DNA of 64,000 nt from Ginglymostoma cirratum (lineage: Eukaryota). The position numbers were made by a program, and so were the translations under genes. The first letter of the stretch is position 1, and the number at the start of each line of letters is the position of its first letter. Below are positions 24,513 to 38,145 of the stretch, piece by piece. The stretch is from contig JAHRHZ010000022.1 in the NCBI GenBank assembly GCA_024137785.1, positions 27,704,377-27,768,376 on the forward strand. Reading direction: 5' to 3'. Below the pieces are notes generated by a model. The model saw only the letters and a list, made by a program, of their open reading frames with translations. It did no database searches and had not been told where the DNA came from.

Positions 24513-24902
24513 ACAATAATGTTAATTATTTTTAAAACAGTTTTCAAAGCAATACATTTAAATATGCCATGATGCACACTTATCAGGGTATGTTCTGTAA
24601 TACCTACTAAAATGCATTCGTATTTTAAAATACTGATGGATAATATTTAGAAATAATTACCCATATCTGCACATATTATCTGTATGTGTGACCTGATAAT
24701 GGTGCAAAATAATGCACTGTATTTCACATTGAAAATGCTAGTTAATTTCTGTATGACCTGATGTTGTACAGATCAGTGTATGATAATTTTCAGAGTTTGT
24801 GGTTCAACAGTTTGCTTTGGTGAACATGAAAGTGTTCATGTGATGTCTGTCTTTATTTAGTACTACATGTGTATAGGCTATTATGTGCATTCTGTTTATT
24901 CA

Positions 24903-24908
24903 AATAAA
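24903..24908 (+). terminator. Intronic polyadenylation signal (short DWNN isoform)
   Basis: AATAAA with several upstream TGTA motifs (24750-24875) and U/GU-rich sequence downstream. Confidence 0.65.
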
Positions 24909-26934
24909 GAATGTTTGAAGTGTATTATCTTCCATTTCACATTGTATCACTCAACGTTTTATGATTTAATAGGTATGTTTTTAATGGTGAAACAGGTTTC
25001 TTTACACTATGATAAGGCACATGGAAAAAACCACATTAGACTCTTTACTTGACCAGTACAAAGTAGATGTTGAATTACAATTTTAACACTTTATTCCTTA
25101 AAATTCTATTTTCATAACCACACGTTTTGAACTTTGAGCTCAAACAAATGAAAATTCGACAAGTCTCATTCAATAACACACCTTCAGCATTTTTTTTTTT
25201 GTTTTGCCTTGTCTGGGTACAGAACTTTTGCAGGTACATACAAATCATTCAGCTTTGTGGTGCTACTAAAATGAAATTGGTAATTTTGTCTGTAATGGTA
25301 ATAAAAAAAAAACCATATAGACATGATTTGTCACTTGCACACTGTACAAATCCCCTGACTTAAAAACATCCAAGCACAATTCTGCCTATTTTGTCTGTTT
25401 GTGTTACCAGTGAAGTAAAATTTCAATCCTGTTTTGTTTGAGCCTTTTAAACATCCCTAAAATAAACTTTCTCATATTGTAAAAGTTTTTGCTTATGATG
25501 CACATTGTGAATTTGATTGTTAATAGGTATAGCTATAATTACACTGTCAAAAATGAAAATCAAACCAAACATTTAGTTTAATTTGGAATCTTAAAAAATA
25601 GCTTAGAATCCTTTTATATTCAGTTTTCCTAACTCCTGTGAATTACTTCTTTGGCTTTGCACTACATTCCTGAAAGTTTCAACTTGTCCTGAAAGAGGCT
25701 GTTGAAAAAGCTAGCGTCCAACTTGTATCTTGATTAAATCAAGTACATGTGTGGTTTACAGTAAAAATTGTTCCTTTGATTTCAGCCCAGGTAAATTATA
25801 GGTTGTGTATAAAGAATTAGACCTGTTTTTAATCTGTACATTACTTTGCTTAGAGCTCGTGCATAAGATTTCAAAGAAAGCCTTCTAGTTGTTTCAATCT
25901 TTTTAAAATCCACTGTAAATTTCAGAGAAACTTAAGATCATGTAACTGATTTTTTTTTCTTTTTGTAAACTAAAAGGTCTAGCTCTCTAAGTACTTTCCT
26001 CCTGCTTAAGGACAGACTATTAAGTATTTTTCTGGTAGACGCTAAGCACTTTTGCAGCACAGGGTAGAATGTATTGCACCCATTTTCAAGTTCCATACAC
26101 CTTGCACTGAGATTTCAGAGCTCATATGAATTTTAGATTTCTCAGCATTCTCCGGTATAGTTGAGCAATGTTTTTACACCACGTTTTCTACCCAAATTAT
26201 GATATTAACCAAACTGTTAAATTTCACCATGCATATCTTTTTATAATCAAGAAAGTAAACACCTTTGAGTTATAGAAGCAGGCAGAATCTAATCCATTCA
26301 GCAGACTTTTATGCACTGACTACATAAACAAATGAAGGACTCATTTTCCTGCATTCCGGACATGAATAGAAAAATGCGCTGACTAGTAGTGTAGTAGGTT
26401 CTCCATATTCAGTCTTCCCAATACAAAAAAAGTAGTACTGTCAGTTATGAAAAGTAAGTATATTCTTTATACATCTTCACAAAATCAAATAATATATTAG
26501 CATTGACCTTATTTCTGTTGTCAAATCTGCACCTGCTTCACCAGAGTTTGTTTTGAAGTGGACTAGCTGTTGACCATCCAGCAACAGCCATTTTTCAACA
26601 ACATCCCACAAACAACACTGAGATAAACAAACAAAAGTTTTTTTTTTTGTTTATTGATTAAAGGAGGAACGTTTAAGATATGAGAGCTGCTTGTATTTAG
26701 TTATGTTCTGCAATCTTAAACGTTTTCTTAATGTGAGCAAGTGGTGGAGCAAGTAAATGATTGGGCTTCAGTGTCTTATCCAATGGACAAGACCTGAAAA
26801 ATCTGGTTAAACACTCAGCTGTCTTGCTGCAAGACCAACTGTTCATTTTTAACAATATTGTCACAATGCAAAAAAGGATGCAGAAAGAAGCATTGAGCCT
26901 ACTGCATTGAACATCCAATGTTGCAGGCTTCTCT

Positions 26935-27365
26935 GGTGTTTGGCTTGGATCACTGAGGAATAGTAATGTTCTTGGTGGTCTTGAGTTTGGAACATTGGTT
27001 CCAGTTTGTCGTATCTTTTGGGACCTCTTGGGATAGAAAGGGGAGAGTGATTCGACTGAGCTGTAATCACTGGAGTCTAGAAGGATGAAAGAGGATCTGA
27101 TGGAAGTGTATAAAATACTAACATGACTAGACAGACTAGGTGAAAAGAGAATGTTTCCCCTGTTCAGGGTGTCCAGATGCCAGGGTACGCCACTTAACTG
27201 AGATGAGGAAAAATTTCTTCACTGAGTAGTGAACCCGTGGAATTCTCTAGCACGGTTGTGGAGGCCAAGTCACTGAACCTAATGAAGATTTTGTTTAAAT
27301 AACAATGGCATCAAAGATTATGTGGATAAAGCAGGATTACAGCATTGAGATAGAAGATCAGCCAT
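26935..27365 (+). mobile_element. CR1 LINE 3' fragment
   Basis: Similar to the other CR1 3' ends (GAGGATCTGATGGAAGTGTATAAAAT...GTGGAATTCTCT). Confidence 0.65.
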
Positions 27366-30300
27366 GCACCAAGTGGAAATTTGGTGCTTAAATGTTGATC
27401 AGATCATTTAAACTAAGTGTAGGTTAGTAAATTTCATAAATCTTACAAGTCTAAGATGACATCAGATTTGCATACAGAAAGGCATTGTCTTTTTGAAAGA
27501 AAAGATTAACCATTGAGACAAGTTTGCATTGGGGGAGCTCTTGTACTTAGATTAATCCATCAGGGTGACAACATGTCTACAGTGGTTGAAATCTTTCATT
27601 ACAAGTTAACATTTTCCATGATCTTGCGCTTGCACCACCACAGTTGGCAAATTTCTTAGGTGCACTTGACAAATTATTTCTTGCAAAGGAACATCATGCT
27701 TAAACTTATAATTTATTGTAATTTATAAAGCAAAGCAAAGCAAACCCTCATTAAAGAAGTTAACCAGTAAATAATTAACTTCTTACTACTTTCTAGCAGT
27801 AAAGTATAAATGGTATGCTTAACGTTTCCCTAAGATGGAAGCTCTAATTTTTCTTCATTTATGGACATGTCCAGGCTTTACTTGGCTTTTATATATTAGT
27901 ATTTGCCATGGTAAAGTTCAGTAGCCATCACTCAGCAACGTTCGCTTCATTTGCCATGTATTTGTGCTACTGTTTTCCACTTTGTCATGATCTGTTTCTC
28001 TGTTCACATTTTCTGCAGTTTTTTGAATTCATAGTTTTCCTTCATTCTGTTTTATCAAGTTTTATCCTTTTGCTCACGGAGGCAGCAGGGGAAGGCAAGA
28101 GAAAGAGGTCACAGACCTAGTTGCCAGACTGCAGGGAAAGCTCGGCGAGGTCAGTGTTTAGTGGTGGTAATGGAATACGCAAATATATAAAGTGGGATAT
28201 TTAGTGCAAAAAGAGGAGAGAGATGAGTTTCGTTCAGAGGAGTTTCTTTCAAATCCTTATTTTCTTCATAGCATATTCAACTATTAACCCTTACTGCCTT
28301 TTTTGTTCTGTAATGCTCAGTTTGATTGCTACATCCTGCCAACTTCAAGCTTTTTACATCCTGAAGCTAAGAATTTGTAAATGTTGTATTTTCTTAAAGA
28401 TATGGAGAAATTAACTTCAGGGAAAGGAACTTGGCACTTTAGTTTTGCCCTTAAAGTGTTTTGTTACCTGTCCCAAGCTACTGTTTGGTTTGACCTTTTT
28501 TTTAATTGTTGATTGTAAGGAAGTACAAAAGAGTACCCTGGGTTCCATTTTTTAAGGAGATGGTCTGCTTGTAATTAGTATTTTATCTACACTTGTATAA
28601 CTGGCAGACACGTCAGCCATTAATGTTGGGCGCAAAACTCCCATCTCAGCAGTTAATGCAGAACCTGCTGCTTTGTTTTAATGTATAGCAGTGCTATTAA
28701 TCATATATTAAATTGTTGGAATCTGAAGGTTCCCATGTTTAGAAGTGATATATTATCTGTAACTTGTTAACTGTTCAGTTACTACAGAAATGTGGAGCTC
28801 CTCAATTTCAATAAATTCACTTAATCTAATTATGAATTAGTGTAGTCAATAATGTGTGCTTAACTGCAAGGTCCAGCTTGCACACAGCAGTTCTAAAAAA
28901 ATTTGTCTAAAGGGTAACTAAGTAACCAAATGTTTATGGTATTGAGATTAGGGTGATGCTGACAAGTGTGCGAGTAAAATATTCTGCTCTTGCATGGTAC
29001 TGAGAGAGATTTTACATTCATTGCAATACAAACATCTTGTACATACACTTTTTAAACAGAATTCTGCAGGTTTTTTTTTTTGGTTATCCCAAATCATTAG
29101 ACTTCAAAATTTTGGTTTCAGTTTTTCAAGTTGTTGATTTTCGCAGAGCATTAGGTCTACCTGTTGATCTTTAACTTGAAGCACAAAGCCATTCTTGTCA
29201 GTTATTATAAGGCATGCAGAACATGGAATCGTTACACTCTGTGATAGAGGAAACGTACTCATATGGGCATCTATTTGAAATAGAGACTGTGCCCCTGGCA
29301 AAATTGATTCACATGATTAAATGACTGAATTGATGTTGAGATGATACTGTAAATGGATCAGTGTATTTTTAGAAAGCATTAGAAATGGAAACTTTAGACA
29401 ACTAGGCAAAAGCTGTCCAATCCCTGCTTCAAAACAGGTTTTAAATTGAATGTTCTAAATTTGAGATGCTTGATTGCTCGTCTTGGAGCTGATGCCTTGA
29501 TAACACGCTAGTTGTTTTGGCACTTCACAATCTAATCTAAGAGCCGTTGTTTAACAGATTTATGCTAGCTGCCACTGTTCTCTTGTCTTTGCATTCCATA
29601 TCCACAATACGGATGGCATTTAAATGATAGAATACTGCAGAATTTTTAGTAAGTCAGCCCTTCAAATTACCAGGAATTTCCATTTTCGGTATCGAGATGA
29701 AAGTACACTACTTATGGGTTGTAGTTTTGCTGCAGCCTTGTACAGTTTTCCAAGCCAGTCAGCTGTAACCATCATCCAAATGGAGTAGTTTGCACATAAT
29801 GGCTGCTGGTAGAAAAGTGATTGCACTTAGGTGCTGTATGAGCTTTGTATAGCTCAGCAAGACTTTTGTTTACTGGAGTTCTTGATTTGCTTTTTAATAA
29901 AAATGTTGGTTAGCAATCTTGATTCAAGTGTGGGCGAATTCTTAATCTCGAGCATCAGTCAAAAATTGCCAGCTGCAGGATAACGTGGTCCCATTGTATC
30001 CTTGTGATCCTCAAGTCACTGTAGCAACAGCAGTATAACTGGTTTTGTTGAAAGCATCCAAAAAAATTAATTTTTTGAAGTTTGGCTGTTTGAATTCAAT
30101 CACCTGTTGACTGTCTTACTTGAGTCACTGGTGTTGAAACTCTCCCCACTCTTGTACCGAGATTTGTTAGGATTGGCCCATCCTGATTGAGCAATTTCTT
30201 GAAATGAGCGGTTGTTTTTGTGATTACCCTAGCTTGCTCAGCAGACTGTTCTGAAAACCTGTTTTCTTTTATCCCAAGCTGTCCTGTTGGCTAAATTTGT

Positions 30301-30939
30301 TCTCCTGAGCATTACACAATTGCAGGAATAGGTTGTGTACGGCCTGCCCACTGGTAGCAATAAGCCAAGGAATACAAAAATACTTAAAATGTGAGCCCTT
30401 TTTTTTTAGCTAAATAAAGCTTAATGTATCTGTGGGGTGGGCTTGTACCCATGAACCGTTCTTTGTAGTTTCCTCTGCCCGGCCATTTAGTGGCTATGTA
30501 GCTAACTTAGGCAAAAATCATCAAAGCTTCAACCTTGTTGATTTTTAACATTTGGTACTAAACTACTTTGTTAGAGGCCTGGATGATCGTCAAACTGGCA
30601 TTATGAGCATGGCTGGAAAAGCAGCGTTTGTACACCACAAGTTGAATTTGGCCATAAGCAAGTTTAAAAGTTGCTTCAAGTATTTTGTTTTCTTCTGGAA
30701 ACAAGGTTTCCAAATTTAAATGAAATATTTATTCTTCACAATATCAGTTTACTTTCACATTTCTCTTTGGGAAAAATGAATACAGTAATCAGGCAAAAAT
30801 AGAAAAAAATTGATGTCAGGAGAATCTCAGCCAACCTTTGTAAAATTTGTATTTATTGATATTGAACCCTTGTAGTTTAGGTATACTAATACCCCTTTTG
30901 CTTAGTTTCATTCACCTAATTTTTTTTAAACGTTTGGTC

Positions 30940-31490
30940 TGATTCTTTATCCATTTGTGGGATATGAGCATTGGTGGCTGACCAGCATTTATTGCCGTAC
31001 CTTGTTGCCCTTGAGCATATATTGGTGAACTGTCATCTTAAACCGCTGCAGTGCACTTGCTGTGGGTTGATCCACAATGCCATTAGAGAAGGAATTCCAG
31101 GATATTGACCAAGTAGTAGTGCAGGAACAGCGATGTATTTCCAAGTCAGTGAGTGGCCTGGAGGAGAACTTGCAGGTGGTAGTGTCCCCGTGTATCTGCT
31201 GCCCTTGTCCTTCTAGATCGAAATGGGCATAGGTTTGGAAGGTGCTGTCTGAGAATCTTTGGTGAATTTCTGCAATATATCTGATGTGCCCTTTGCTGCT
31301 ACTGACCGCTGGTGGTGGAGAGTGTGGATGCTTTGAATGTAGTGCCACTGAGGTGTGTTGCTTTGTTCTGAATGGTGTTGGTGCTGCACCCATCCACGCA
31401 AGTGGGGAAAATTCCGTCACACTCCTGACATGTGCCTTGTAGATGGAGAGGGTTTGGGGAGTAAGGAGGTGAGTTACTCATTATAGCATT
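30940..31490 (-). mobile_element. CR1/L2-like LINE 3' end
   Basis: Track ORF has PLAWMGAAPT...; same family as 9135 and 55000. Confidence 0.7.
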
Positions 31491-31519
31491 CCTAGGATGT
31501 GGGCATTACTAGCGAGTTC

Positions 31520-31648
31520 AGAGATAGTAGGAACTGCCAATGCTGGAGTCTGAGATAACACAGCGTGGAGCTGGAGGAGCACAGCAGGCCAGGCAGCGTC
31601 AGAGTAGCAGGAAAGCTAATGTTTCGGGTTGGGACCCTTCTTCAGAAA
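31520..31648 (-). mobile_element. Hammerhead-motif element, family 1
   Basis: Minus strand reads TTT-CTGAAGA-A-GGGTCCCAACCC-GAAACATTAGCTTTCCTGC... followed by the family-1 tail. Confidence 0.75.
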
Positions 31649-33964
31649 CCTTTTCAACTTGTAGGTTAAATGCGCTGCCAATGTGTTAGTGGTGGAAGAA
31701 GTGAAAATAATCTTAATCACTCTGTTTGGATATTATGCCACCTTGAATCTAGACTTCTGACCAGGAAGTAAGGACACCCATTGTGTCAAAAGAGCCTTAT
31801 GTAATGTTGAAGGTTCCTGCATTGTACGCGAACTGAGGTTACTGAGTTCCAATAATGACAACCATCTTTTTTGCACTAGCTAGTACTCCAACCAGGATAG
31901 GATTTTCCCTCTGATTCTCATTGGCATTAGCTTTGCAGAACTGGAGTCATTCCACATCAAATGTGATTAACTCCCAATTCCTAAGTGCACTCCATTGTAG
32001 TTGTAATCTTATTTCCTGCATGAGCCATTCCTGCATCCTTTTTGGAAAGAGAGTGCTGGTTTTGTTTTATGAACTGATGTCTCTGTGCTATATTTTTGAC
32101 AGCAGTTTAAACTTGGCTGCTACCAGATTTTCATCTATTATTGAAATAAATTTGCTGTATCTGATATTGACATTCAAGTTGCTTTTATAGTCATGCATAC
32201 GATGTCCTTGACAGTCCTGAATACACATTTCATGCAGCTAGACACAGACCTGAGAGTAAATAATTTGGGATCGCATACTCAGACCAGTGTTATTCCTGTC
32301 AGCTCATGTTGCTACTTAAACTTCCAAAAAAATTCTAGATTGCAGTGGGCTGCACAAATTTTGTGTCTTAGAATCCAGTGGTGCTAGCTTGGGTAGCTGT
32401 TTGGGTGGCAATGGCTCAAGTAAACCAACTTGTTGGAAAGGAAAAGTTCTCCTTTAATACATTATTTGAAAGTCTTAAATGTCCTCGCATTTCAAATTAA
32501 TTTTTCTGCAGACAAACTGTTGGTATTTTTGCTTGCTAAATCTAGACCACAAAACACCATTTTTATTGAATTCAACAATGCTTCTTGATGCTGTAGTTAA
32601 GTACAGTAGAGTTTTATTAATGCTAATTTACTACATTGTTACTAATGTTGGAAGGAATACTATTCAGAAACCAAGTCTTCTGATAATATTTTAAACACTT
32701 CAGGTTTGTGATGAGCAGCAGTTTTATCTGTTTAGAGTTTGGATTGTGTTCTGCAGTGGTGGAGAGGATGTCACATTTGGCTGATTTTGATTGATTAACT
32801 GAGCAATGGAATGCATTTTATGTCACATTAGCACCATCCACTCCCAATAGAGTTTGGAGTGTAGATTAGATATATAGTAAGACATACTCTGCACTGTCTC
32901 AGCAAGATGCTAAGTGTTGCTGTTACTTACATGAGTGTCAGTGCTTACTCTGTATATCTCTAATCTTGGACAGCCACATGTATTTGGAAACGGTGGTACT
33001 GAAATTTGAAAAACCATTGAGGATATTTGATCTATTTTATTGTAATTGTGTAAGTTGTTCCTAATTAGAGTCATTGGCCAATCTGAGGAATAACAAAGTT
33101 TAAATATACTACCACTGCTTCTGAAGACTTGGAACACCTTTGAGTTGTTGCGGTCTTATGTTGGCAGATCAATGCTTTACTTTTGTCTTCAAATATCCTG
33201 AATAAGATGTTAAATTAAGCCTTTAAAGAGAAATAATCCAAGCCCAATAAAGCATATTTACAGCATCTAAATATTAAACCTACTTTTATTCATCTGAGAG
33301 AGAGGCATTCATCTGGAATTCCTGCATATGTCTCCTATTATTTATCGGTCAACTTTGACATGGGAGTTGTGCTTTGTGAATAACAAGATCCAACAGCAAG
33401 TTAATCAGCTGTCACTGTTCCTCTCAGTAAACTGAATTGAACAGAAGGGAATCTAAATAATAATTCACCCTGGATCATTTTGCAGTGTATGTTTGTTTCT
33501 CATATGTTTACAAGTAAATGATTGATTAATTGCAGAACTGGTTTTAACTGCTTTTATAGATATCCTGGTTCAGAAGTGTCTTTTGGGAAGTGGAAAAAAA
33601 TTGCTTTTGCCATACCTCGCATTTGCCATAACTTAAAAACTTACATTGGATTTATTCACAGTGTAAACTTTTACCCAGAATCATGGAATTCTGCAACACT
33701 AAAACTGGCCATTTTGACACATTTCTGTGCAGTATTTCTCAACATGAGGCACCTTGTTCATTTCCACTTTATTCGCTCAGCAGATCTTTTAAGCAACTAC
33801 CTAAAGCCCCCTCAAGAAGAATTTAGGTTTTCCATTGCATCACTGATTGATGGCAAAGTATTGCACATTCTACCCCCTTTTATAATTTTTTTTGACTACT
33901 TGTGATACAAATTTTATCCTCCTCATTATCACCATCTGCCTTAGATATATGGGAACAATGAGTC

Positions 33965-34400
33965 ACTTGACTTGCATGAGAGCAAAATTCAACCATTTGG
34001 CTCCTCTAGCTGCCTGTACCATTTGAGATCATGGTTGATCTGTCTTTTCAGATTCCACAGTCTCATCTAACCTTTTTTATTTCCCTTTCCTAGCAAGGAT
34101 TTATCTTCCTCTGCCTCAGGCAGAGAGTTCCAAAGTTGCACAGCCGTCAGCAATTTCTTCTCATCTTCCCAAAAGAGCAGCTCCTAATTATAAAACAATG
34201 CCCCTTTGCTCTGGCCTTGCAAGAGAGAACTTCCTTTCCATGTTCACTTTGTCAAGACCACTGTTATTATGCACGTCAAAAGAGTCACCCCTCATTCTTT
34301 TAAACTTCAGTGAAAACAGCCCAGCCTATCCGACCTATCCTGTTAAGTCAACCCACACCATTCAGTTATCGATCTAGTAAGCTTCTTCTGAACTGCCTCA
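33965..34400 (-). mobile_element. CR1 LINE 3' end
   Basis: Reverse complement of a CR1 3'UTR/RT end. Confidence 0.55.
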
Positions 34401-35329
34401 AATATGTTTGTATCTTGATTATTCATTCTCTAGCAGTATTCTACCAAATTCTCCTTTTAAATTTCTGAGGTCTAGTGACAAAAAGTTGCCTTCCGTTTCT
34501 CCAGTGTAACTGAGTAACACTCTGATGCATCTTCATTGTTAACCCATACTATTTTTTGAACATCTTTATGGTATTAAGATATCCAAAACTGGTTAAACAA
34601 TAAAGAACTATTCTTTGGCCCTATTACCTCGTTGAAGAAATATTCAGGTGGGGGTAGTTTGGATAAATTTCATGTAAGAGATGTGTGCAAATTGATGGCG
34701 AAGTAAGTTTAAAGTTTATTTGTGACCCATAACTCTCTGATAACCTTAAAAAGGTACATAAAAAGGCCAAAACATTCCTGTTGCAGGAATTAACAAGGCA
34801 TTGATCGAAACTTAGTGGAAATGTTTCTAGTTTAAGGCCATCTTGGGATTTGTACATTTAAATTGTACATTTAAATGTTAGAATTGCAAGTTGCTTTGAG
34901 TTTTTGCTTATTCCCATTTAGTCCATTAACTCATTTGATTATTAGCAAACAAGCATGTATGTTGCTATATGTTGGTGTTAGATCATAATGTAGGAAGCAC
35001 AGAAAACGAAGCATTTTTCGCAAAATAAATCCTGTTTTGGAAAAGCATCCTGGGTCATAAATAGAATATAAATTGTGGAGATTGGCCCATGCTTCCTTCC
35101 CATAATGAAGAAATCTTCCAATATGTGTGTATCCTGCCAACTTAGATGACAATAGTGGCAGCACAAGGTACACATTTGGTTTAGTGGCTGCAAAGTACAT
35201 GGTGAATGGTTTGATGAGCAGAAGGAAGGCAACACTAGATATATATTCCTGACTTAGGCTTGGGTATAGAGCATATAATTTCAGAATTTGCAGAGGCACA
35301 CAACTTGTAGATATTATGACTTGAGGAGG

Positions 35330-36165
35330 ATAGTGACAAGACTTCAAGAGAACGGAGACCAGCTGCTTGGAATGAATGGGTAGGTACCAGATGAAATTTA
35401 TTAGAGATGTGTGAATTTTGATCAGAAGAATGACGATGTGAAATGAGCACAGTTCTGAAGGGATGCAGGAACACAGTCTGAGAAAATGTGCCCACATCTT
35501 TGAAATTTCCAGAACGGATTGAAAAATATATCTGGGATCCTAGAATTTGTCACAAAGACAGTAGAATAAGCAAGAAAGTATTGGTGGGACTGTAAAAATG
35601 ACTGATTTAACCTTACCTGGTGTATTATATCCAATTTTGGGTTAGTAGACATTGGAAAGGATTTTGAAGGCATTGGAATGGGTGTTTTCAAGAAGAAAAG
35701 AACATCTGTGAAATGGTTCCAGGGATGGGGGACTTCAGTTATGTGAACAGATTGGAGAAGCTTGGGTTGCTCCCCTCTGGAGAGAAGGTTGAGAGGAGTT
35801 TTGATAAGAGTTGTTCAGAATCATTGGGAGTCCAGACACTGAGCAAGTGTTAACATTGGTGAAAGGGTCATGAACCAGAGGACAATGTAAACTTAGTGGC
35901 CAAAAAAAAAGCAGTGGCAACATGAGGAAAATCATCCTTGCACAATGAGTAGTTAGGGTCTGAAATACACTGCTTAAGTCTGCTGGAAACACGTTCAAGT
36001 TTGATTTCCTCCCCACACAAATGGAAATTAGATAAGGAGTACCAAAAGAAAAGATTGGCAGCAAAATGGGTGAAGTGTGAAGAAATGGGACAAGCCAAGT
36101 TACAGTTTGAGAACCAGCATGGACATGAGGGGTCCAATGATCTCCTATGTTGACTGATTTTATTG
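35330..36165 (+). mobile_element. Decayed CR1 LINE RT C-terminus and 3' end
   Basis: GGGGACTTCAGTTATGTGAACAGATTGGAGAAGCTTGGGTTG-type CR1 sequence. Confidence 0.65.
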
Positions 36166-38145
36166 TAGAAACTGCATATTTCAATCTCTGTACTGTCCTG
36201 CCAGAGGTTGCACTGCAGCATATTAGTTTTGTTATCCCAGTTCCTCTGCCAATACAATAGGTAGTCCACCCGTTTCTGCTTAGCAAATGACAAAGCTGTT
36301 CTGCAGAATGTAAAATCCAAGCATTTTATAAAACTAAGAGTAGAGTATGACTTCAAAATGGGGTCTGCATTTCAACTGTGTCGGAATCTAATTATTCGAC
36401 TTCCAATCTCTTGTCCCAGCCCTCCCCAGAACGAGACTCCATGTGAACTTAATTTTATGTATGCAATTCCACAATAGGGTATAATGCATATCACGTTAAT
36501 TATACCTTTCTGCCAGTGTTGCTGCAGAAGGATCTTGTGCCTCCCAGGTTCCTCATCCAGGTGTAACTAATGCTAACTTTTTAAGGATATTTTTCTAATT
36601 AACCAGTTCAGTGTGTTACTCTACACCTCTGGACTTCACCCTGGGAATCCTGGTCCAGAGGTAGGGGCACAGCCCCTGTGCTGCAAACAACCATTTCTAA
36701 ATTTTTACTATTCCGTATCACATCAAATAAATAAGGACAGGGTGCATGAAGTGGGTAAACCAAATCCAGTCGATGTGGTCTAATTGATTTTCCCCTGTAC
36801 TTTCCATTTTCACGTGATGATTCTATATTCTGCTTTGATTCCCTTTTTGTGGTGCTGCTGATCTTGTGTTTGAATCCCAGTTCATGTAGTCACATGCTGC
36901 AGTAGGTAATACCCTAACAACTTCTGTCTGGGTCCAGAATTAGTGCTGTCACTCTGAAAGAACATGATTGATTTTAAGAGTACCTATTTTAAGAGTCCAC
37001 TCCAGAGAAGGTAATTTGGAGGCTGACTGTTGCTGCTGAAACAGTTAAAGGACATGTTGTTTCCTCATTCTATGATTCTGAGATAATTGGTGAACCAGAC
37101 CACTGGACTTCAGTTGTACAATTCAACATAAGTCAGAAATGCATTATACCAGGAACTGAGCAATGGAGTAGCAGCACAAAATATATATTGATATATATAT
37201 ATATCAATCAGACAATGCATGTAGATTTCATTCTTTAATTTCAGACATCAACTGATTATTGTTTTCATATGAAGTACAGTGTTTCATGGCAAAAACAGTT
37301 TCTCACTATTTGAAATGGAATGGAAGTAACTAATGGAAATAGAGTGCATTAAGAACAACTGCCATCTTTGCAGGCTATATACTTGTATACCATCTCCCAC
37401 TACCAATAAAGGCTTGTATGAATGGATTATTTGGGATTATCTTATTTCAGCCTGTCTTTTTTTTTTGTGATCTGCCTTTAAATAAGAAGAAGTCAGCTTG
37501 CTTGTATGTACTTACTCTATAGGTTGGACTTGATGTCTCCATCACATTCAAATATACAAATAGGAAATATACACGTTCAAGTGTATTAAAGTCATGATCC
37601 CAGTTATGCTTTTAATTACTGGAGTGCAGTTTTGGATCTTGCTTTGTTTTGAACCGCATTGTCATCACTACATCCTTAGCAGCTCAAAGCATTGTAAGGG
37701 TCTCTTTCTGTGCTGTATGACTGTGACCTTAATTGAAGCTGACACTTTGCTTCGCTCTCGAATTGCAACCTATTCACTGCCCTGCCTGTCCCTCCATCAG
37801 CACAATTCTCTTTGGAAAATATATTCACTTTAATACAAGATTCTTTTTATTTTCTTTCCCTCTTTCCCTCTCTCCCTCCCCTCTCTTCCCTCTCCCTCGC
37901 CCTCTCTCTTCCCCCCTCCCCCTGTCTCACCACTTCGTATTTTTCTGCAAAATATTTAAATCCTTTTGTTAAATGTGTAGCAGCTGTATGCAAAGTCACT
38001 TCTGCTTAGAGTTAAGCTCATACTGTTATTCATCTGTTCATCAATTAAAATGTAGTCTGATTACAAAAGTTGTATTTAAGAGCGTTTCATTATAGTGTGA
38101 ACTTTTTTCTCAACTTCCTCCCACCCCCACCCCCCCAACACACAG

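Noticed and set aside
24567-24639. C/D-box snoRNA-like segment (cc-ATGATGC...CTGA-tgg)
   Set aside because: Imperfect C box, only a 3-bp terminal stem and no recognisable rRNA antisense element; it lies in the probable short-isoform UTR.
34931-36356. Cluster of 85-188 aa minus-strand ORFs
   Set aside because: Antisense to a decayed CR1 LINE, with no protein motifs.
37187-37208. 22-bp perfect palindrome ATTG(AT)7CAAT
   Set aside because: An AT microsatellite with chance 4-bp flanks.
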